Shown here: one piece after another, positions 59,599 through 64,000 of the stretch
How the letters are laid out: each line of letters starts with the position of its first letter
How positions within the stretch are numbered: the stretch's first letter is position 1
NCBI GenBank assembly: GCA_963808435.1
Contig: CAWEFW010000049.1
Coordinates: 3,707 to 67,706 of the forward strand
Direction of reading: 5' to 3'
DNA from: an uncultured Actinomycetota bacterium
GTDB taxonomy: Bacteria > Actinomycetota > Actinomycetes > Propionibacteriales > Propionibacteriaceae
Length of the DNA stretch: 64,000 nt
Notes under the pieces: model-generated
Database searches by the model: none
The model's input: only the letters and a program-made list of their open reading frames with translations
What the model was told of the DNA's origin: nothing
Made by a program: the position numbers and the translations under genes

Positions 59599-59817
59599 GG
59601 CAGCTCCAGTGGTCAGCACCTTGAAGAGCAACGAGACACGTCACATGACCTTGATACACGCGTGCGGTAATCCGGACATCCTCGCAGCGCCGTGCCGACA
59701 GGTGGCGAACGGTGCGCCGTCAGCACTCGCATGGGGTGCGGACTGCTGGAGTATGTGTTGGCCAGTTGTCGGGTGCGATCAGGACGCGGCGGCGCTCATG
59801 GCATCGCGCCGCCTCAC

Positions 59818-59946
59818 CTACAACCTGAGCGCCAGGTAGTAGGTCAGCCAGACGAGGCCGACCACCCAAAGAGCGACGATCAGCAGGAAGGGAAGATCTG
59901 CGACTGCTACGCGCGACTCGCCCGCCTCCGGTTGGGGGGCGATCAT
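59818..59946 (-). CDS. 42-aa single-TM small protein (below the ORF-track cutoff)
   Basis: MIAPQPEAGESRVAVADLPFLLIVALWVVGLVWLTYYLALRL*; GGGAG RBS right after the upstream gene's stop. Confidence 0.55.
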   Translation of the reverse strand: MIAPQPEAGESRVAVADLPFLLIVALWVVGLVWLTYYLALRL

Positions 59947-59954
59947 CCACTCCC

Positions 59955-61352
59955 TCAGTTGTTCCGGACCGTCATCTGCGGCTCGACCAGCTCATTGCGG
60001 GGCGTGAGTGCAGTCATGAGATGGAGCTGTCCGTCGTCGAGGAGGCCCGCGATCGGGGTCAGTGTTGCCTTCGGCCCGTCGACCTCGATAAGCACGAGAT
60101 GCGCCTGAGCCGCCCAGGCCGTTGTGGAGGCGTCGGCGAAGCCCTTCGGCACCCTCTCGTCGAGCTGGCCTGCTGATCCGGATACGACATACGTCCGGCC
60201 GCCGACCTGGTTGACCTGGAAGTTGTGTTCATGCCCGGCGAGCACGAGGCGCACGTCGGCGGCGTCGAAGTGCGGCTCAAGCGCCTTGCGCATCTCCTCA
60301 TCGTTCTCATGGTTCGGTCCCGCCGTGTAGATGGGATGGTGAGAGTACGGGATGAGCCAGCGATCCCCACGCCAGCCGAACGTCGAGTGAAGCCACTCCT
60401 GATGTTTCGGAGCCTGGAAGTAGCGGTGGATCTCCTCCTGCTCGCTGTCGAGCGAGGTGTCGAGGCAGGCGAGTTCGAGGCCGGCCCCGTACCGCAGCCG
60501 GTAGAACAGTCCAGGCATCACTGACGCCGTCTCGAAGCCGTGGTGGAAGCGCTCGCGGATGTGAAAGTTGTCCTCCATCTGGGCACGGTCATCGCTGCCC
60601 TCGGAGTCGGCGCTGTCGTGGTTGCCGATGGCCGGAAAGATGGGCACTCGCGCGATGGCGAGACGGTACGGCTGGAAGAAGCTGGAGTACCAGTCGTCAT
60701 CCTCTCCCCCGCCCTCCTGATCTACTCGTCCCTGCTCACCCTGATAGACGTTGTCACCGAGCGACAGGACGAAGCGGACCTCGTGGTCAGCGACCAGCCG
60801 TTCTAGCACGTCGGCGATGCGCCGCTGGCGGCGGCTGGACTCCGCGTCGGCCCGCATCCCAACTCCGTAGTCGCCCATGGCCACAAATCGGACCGGCGGC
60901 GTGGGGTCGTCGGGGTGCGGCCAGGTACGGAACCGCAGGTCGTAGTGCCGCCCGGCCGGAGCGAGGTCGTAGCCGCCGCGCGCACTGGGAACCCAATCCC
61001 ACAGCTCCCCCGCGGCCCACTCCTCACCATCGACCTCCACGCGGTATCGGTAGTCAGTCTCGGGCACAAGACCCTCCACCCACACCCACGCCCGTTCGTC
61101 GGTGGATGCCTCCGCCGCCACCTTCCCGTCCGCCGTCATGACTCGAACGGTCGCCCGACCAAACGGCTCGGCCGTCGCCCCGATACACGTGCGGCGACCC
61201 ACCCGGGCTTGGAGCTGCTCGTCGTCGACAATCTCCCAGCGGGTGCTCTCGGTGCGCTCGAAGTAGAACGCGCCCCAGGCGATGAGGACCCTGTCACACG
61301 CGAGATCGACCAAGTGGATGAAGGGCTCACGGTGGATCTCAGCGGAGCTCAT
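59955..61352 (-). CDS. Metallophosphoesterase (purple-acid-phosphatase-like)
   Basis: 'AMGDYG', 'LGDNVY', 'AIGNHD', 'SHHP.Y', 'AGHEHN'. Confidence 0.92.
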   Translation of the reverse strand: MSSAEIHREPFIHLVDLACDRVLIAWGAFYFERTESTRWEIVDDEQLQARVGRRTCIGATAEPFGRATVRVMTADGKVAAEASTDERAWVWVEGLVPETDYRYRVEVDGEEWAAGELWDWVPSARGGYDLAPAGRHYDLRFRTWPHPDDPTPPVRFVAMGDYGVGMRADAESSRRQRRIADVLERLVADHEVRFVLSLGDNVYQGEQGRVDQEGGGEDDDWYSSFFQPYRLAIARVPIFPAIGNHDSADSEGSDDRAQMEDNFHIRERFHHGFETASVMPGLFYRLRYGAGLELACLDTSLDSEQEEIHRYFQAPKHQEWLHSTFGWRGDRWLIPYSHHPIYTAGPNHENDEEMRKALEPHFDAADVRLVLAGHEHNFQVNQVGGRTYVVSGSAGQLDERVPKGFADASTTAWAAQAHLVLIEVDGPKATLTPIAGLLDDGQLHLMTALTPRNELVEPQMTVRNN

Positions 61353-61433
61353 GCCCCCTAGCATGCCCTCTCGCACCTGCGGGCCCCGGCTGTATGCCTG
61401 GTGAGCCGACTTCCACGCGGTGGCTCCAAAGCC

Positions 61434-61733
61434 TCAGCCAGGCTCTCCTCGTCGTTTACGTCGGAGGATGACCGCTATGTCAATGACGGCGACCGCTGCC
61501 AACGCGAGCAGCACGACAACGAAGCCGATCGGCACATCTATCAAGGACAGCCAGATCGCGAAGGCCGCGCAGATGACTAAACCAAACACAGCAAGCCAGA
61601 GCCTCAGCGTAAGAGCGCTGAGGGCTGGCACAGCGCCGCCGATCCCGACCGTCGGGTCGTGGTAGCCGGGCAACCCCTTGTGATACCGGCCCTGTGTATC
61701 GGATACCTCGCCGCGTGGCTCATCGCGGACCAC
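61434..61733 (-). CDS. Small two-TM protein (DUF6343-like)
   Basis: 'SALTLRLWLAVFGLV...AVIDIAVILRRKRRGEPG'; start uncertain. Confidence 0.6.
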   Translation of the reverse strand: MVRDEPRGEVSDTQGRYHKGLPGYHDPTVGIGGAVPALSALTLRLWLAVFGLVICAAFAIWLSLIDVPIGFVVVLLALAAVAVIDIAVILRRKRRGEPG

Positions 61734-61762
61734 TCCTTGAAGATACCTCGCAGTCAGGAGGC

Positions 61763-62160
61763 ATGGGCGTGCCGCCATTGGACCGGTCTGAACCTGCCCC
61801 GAGGCGACTCCACCCTTGGCGCTACCGCATCCCGCCGCGCGGGCCGATCGCGATGATCGGAACTTTGGTCTACCTGGCGAGCCCGGTCGACGTGCTGCCT
61901 GAGGTGATGCTTGGACCGCTCAGCCTCCTCGACGACGCCGGCGCAGCACCGCCGCCGCGGTCTTCGTCTACCAGCTCGTGACAGTCAAGAGGCGACTCGA
62001 GGATGCGGACGTGAAGGCCGGCGAGGTCGATCTGCTGGAGCGCCCGCGGTTTCCGGACATAGGAGCGATCGAACAGTGTCTGAGGGGTACGAGTCTGTGC
62101 GATCAGCGTTGGCGGTGTTGTCACCCAAACTGTCACTCACCTGTTCATCTATCGCTGTGA
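61763..62160 (+). pseudogene. YkvA/DUF1232-family gene, frameshifted
   Basis: AGGAGG RBS; 'LVYLASPVDVLPEVMLG..LLDDA' then a frameshift near 61945 to 'TAAAVFVYQLV'. Confidence 0.6.
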
Positions 62161-62326
62161 GTGGCTCGCCTGACGCCGGATGCCAGAGGGTCGTCCTCGA
62201 CGCCCGGTATCCGTGGGTGGGCGTGCTGCGGGCCGTGAGTCCGCACCCTCGTAATGTGCTCGGCTCGAGGCAACGGAAAACACTGAAGCAAATTCGGCGA
62301 TGTGCCCTGGCGAGCCGACTCAGGCG

Positions 62327-63100
62327 CTATCCGCGCTTTGTGAGATGGGCGCTGATATACCGCCGGGTGCCGTTTTCGAACCCGACATAGTTCGTGGTGC
62401 CTTCGATGCCGGCAAAAGCTCGGAACGGACGCCGCAATGGCCATGGGATCAGGTCGTGAATGAGTTCCAACTTCCTGTCATTGTCGAGGCGAAGTGCCAT
62501 CAAGACGCTCGCCGTGATGTCATCTTCGCGCTGTAGGATGAGATGGCTCGCTTCGAACTGTCGATGGAGAACGTCCAGACCGTGAGACGTGCGCAAGTCA
62601 GCGAACAGAAGGCTGCCGCGCGGTCGCAGCACGCGATGCACTTCGGACAGGAATCGTCCCACTGACGGATAGCAGTGCGAAGACTCGATATTGATGACCG
62701 CGTCGAAGGAGGCGTCGGGAAACGGCATGGATTGGGCATCGCCTTGGATGAAGGTCAGACCAGGCGCCTTCCGATGTCGGGTGCAAAGGTCTATCGCCTC
62801 TTGTGAAAAGTCAAGTCCCGTCACCGATAATGGCCGCAGGTATCGACTTATGTAGGAGGCGCCACCGCCACGTCCAGAGCCGACTTCTAACACGTCCTTC
62901 TCGCGAAGGACAATGTCCCTTATAGCATGCTGATACAACTGTATACACAGGCGGTCCGACTCGTCGGAAACCTCCAAACGCAGCTCTGAGGCCGGCTCGA
63001 GCGATGCGTATCCGTAATTCATGAACGCCCAATCGGGCGAAGGCACGCGACTGGCCAAGAACTCGTAACACAGACGCCAGGCGGATTGACGCGCGGGCAC
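62327..63100 (-). CDS. Class I SAM-dependent methyltransferase (mycobacterial Rv2952-like)
   Basis: 'FMNYGY', 'LEVGSGRGGGASY', 'INIESSHCYP'. Confidence 0.88.
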   Translation of the reverse strand: MPARQSAWRLCYEFLASRVPSPDWAFMNYGYASLEPASELRLEVSDESDRLCIQLYQHAIRDIVLREKDVLEVGSGRGGGASYISRYLRPLSVTGLDFSQEAIDLCTRHRKAPGLTFIQGDAQSMPFPDASFDAVINIESSHCYPSVGRFLSEVHRVLRPRGSLLFADLRTSHGLDVLHRQFEASHLILQREDDITASVLMALRLDNDRKLELIHDLIPWPLRRPFRAFAGIEGTTNYVGFENGTRRYISAHLTKRG

Positions 63101-63471
63101 CAGCCCACGCTACCCCTAACCCCTCATGTGGTCGCTGACACAGCTCAGGACGACGTTCACAAGGGCCGCAGGCTCGGTAATGGCCCGTTGGTCGGGGCGC
63201 AATCATCGGCCGAGCGGGAACCTCGGGGGATTGTGTCCGCTACATCCTTGGCGAGGACATGAGCTGCTCGGCTGGCGACTGCGGGACATAGGGCTGAAGC
63301 GCGGCCGCTTCAGATTGATCCACAACGGCCGGGACGAACCTGCGGCCGCCCTCCCGACTTCGACACGGTCAGATGGCAGCCTGCCTTCTCGTCCCGGGAC
63401 TGTCCTTGACACCTGTTGCGGGTTGTCAAAGTATGGGCTGATCACACCAGATCAGAGTTAGAGGGGGAAAC

Positions 63472-63813
63472 GTGCCCGGATTCGCGTTCGCAATGCCAGT
63501 GGTATCCGGCAAGGAGGAATTCGATCGCAAGACACTCGAAGAGATCGCCGGGCCGCGCCTCGCTGAGCACGAGGCGGCGATGCGAGAGGCGGGCATCAGT
63601 CGTCACGCTGCCTGGCATCAGCAGACGCCTGGGGGCACACTTGCCGTGGTTTACATGGAAGCGCGTGACGAATCGGCTCTCGGACAGTTCACAGCGTCGG
63701 ACGCGCCCTTCAACACCTGGTTCCGTGAGGCGATGAAGGAAGTCCACGGTGTCGACATCTCCCAGCCGATGCCACCCGTGACGAAGGTTATGGACGTCCA
63801 TCTCAAGGACTAG
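63472..63813 (+). CDS. Hypothetical 113-aa protein (possible dimeric alpha/beta barrel)
   Basis: GAGGGGG RBS before GTG; 'TPGGTLAVVYME...F..W....KEVHGVD' pattern. Confidence 0.7.
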   Translation: MPGFAFAMPVVSGKEEFDRKTLEEIAGPRLAEHEAAMREAGISRHAAWHQQTPGGTLAVVYMEARDESALGQFTASDAPFNTWFREAMKEVHGVDISQPMPPVTKVMDVHLKD

Positions 63814-63933
63814 TTCCACCCAGCTCGGTGCCGGCGTCGGTCGCCTCTGCGCCACACTGCCCCGGGCAAGCCGAACCTGCGACACCTTGACCCCAGATCG
63901 GCGGGCTGATGGCTGGAGCGGCGACTGGGCGTG

Positions 63934-63967
63934 GCACTGAGCACTGAGCACTGAGCTCTGAGCTCTG
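63934..63967. repeat. Heptamer tandem repeat (GCACTGA x3, GCTCTGA x~2)
   Basis: Read directly from the sequence. Confidence 0.85.
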
Positions 63968-64000
63968 CCCAGGCTTCTAGCCATGCACTCGTGCATAGTG

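Noticed and set aside
63126-63461. ORFs between the methyltransferase and the 113-aa gene
   Set aside because: No RBS, motifs or consistent codon pattern; possibly a decayed gene, but not identifiable.

Overview
High-GC actinobacterial chromosome segment; gene content suggests Propionibacteriales (Microlunatus/Friedmanniella-like), which is an inference only. About 0-53 kb is mostly core-type: LacI regulator, LON N-domain protein, DUF3097, hemW, lepA, rpsT, degV-comEA-comEC-holA, nitrilase, a SigB/F-type sigma factor, two AraC regulators, galE, amtB-glnB/K-glnD, a PfkB kinase, DUF4192, a rhomboid protease, a SWIM-SNF2 helicase and a secreted HExxH metalloprotease. About 53-64 kb looks accessory and is visibly less GC-rich from ~55.5 kb on. 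It holds decayed sugar-catabolism genes, a degenerate tRNA-Ala fragment, a gamma-PGA-hydrolase-like protein and several small or broken genes. Best candidates for undescribed systems: (1) a 101-aa (DGGA)n repeat peptide directly upstream of a JmjC/NO66-type Fe/2OG hydroxylase and a thioredoxin-like ferredoxin (44.5-47.0 kb), a possible RiPP-like peptide-modification system; (2) a pyruvoyl-dependent Arg-decarboxylase-like gene plus a GNAT-like gene embedded in a split His-Asp phosphorelay with two Hpt-like proteins (33.6-39.6 kb), a possible signal synthesis/sensing unit; (3) an SPFH-like/NusA-KH-like fusion plus a multi-TM protein inserted between comEC and holA. A dispersed ~115-bp intergenic repeat and paired DnaA-box-like motifs were also seen. 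No CRISPR array, rRNA, intact tRNA or intact transposase was found. All family calls are from motif recognition by eye; no database searches were run.
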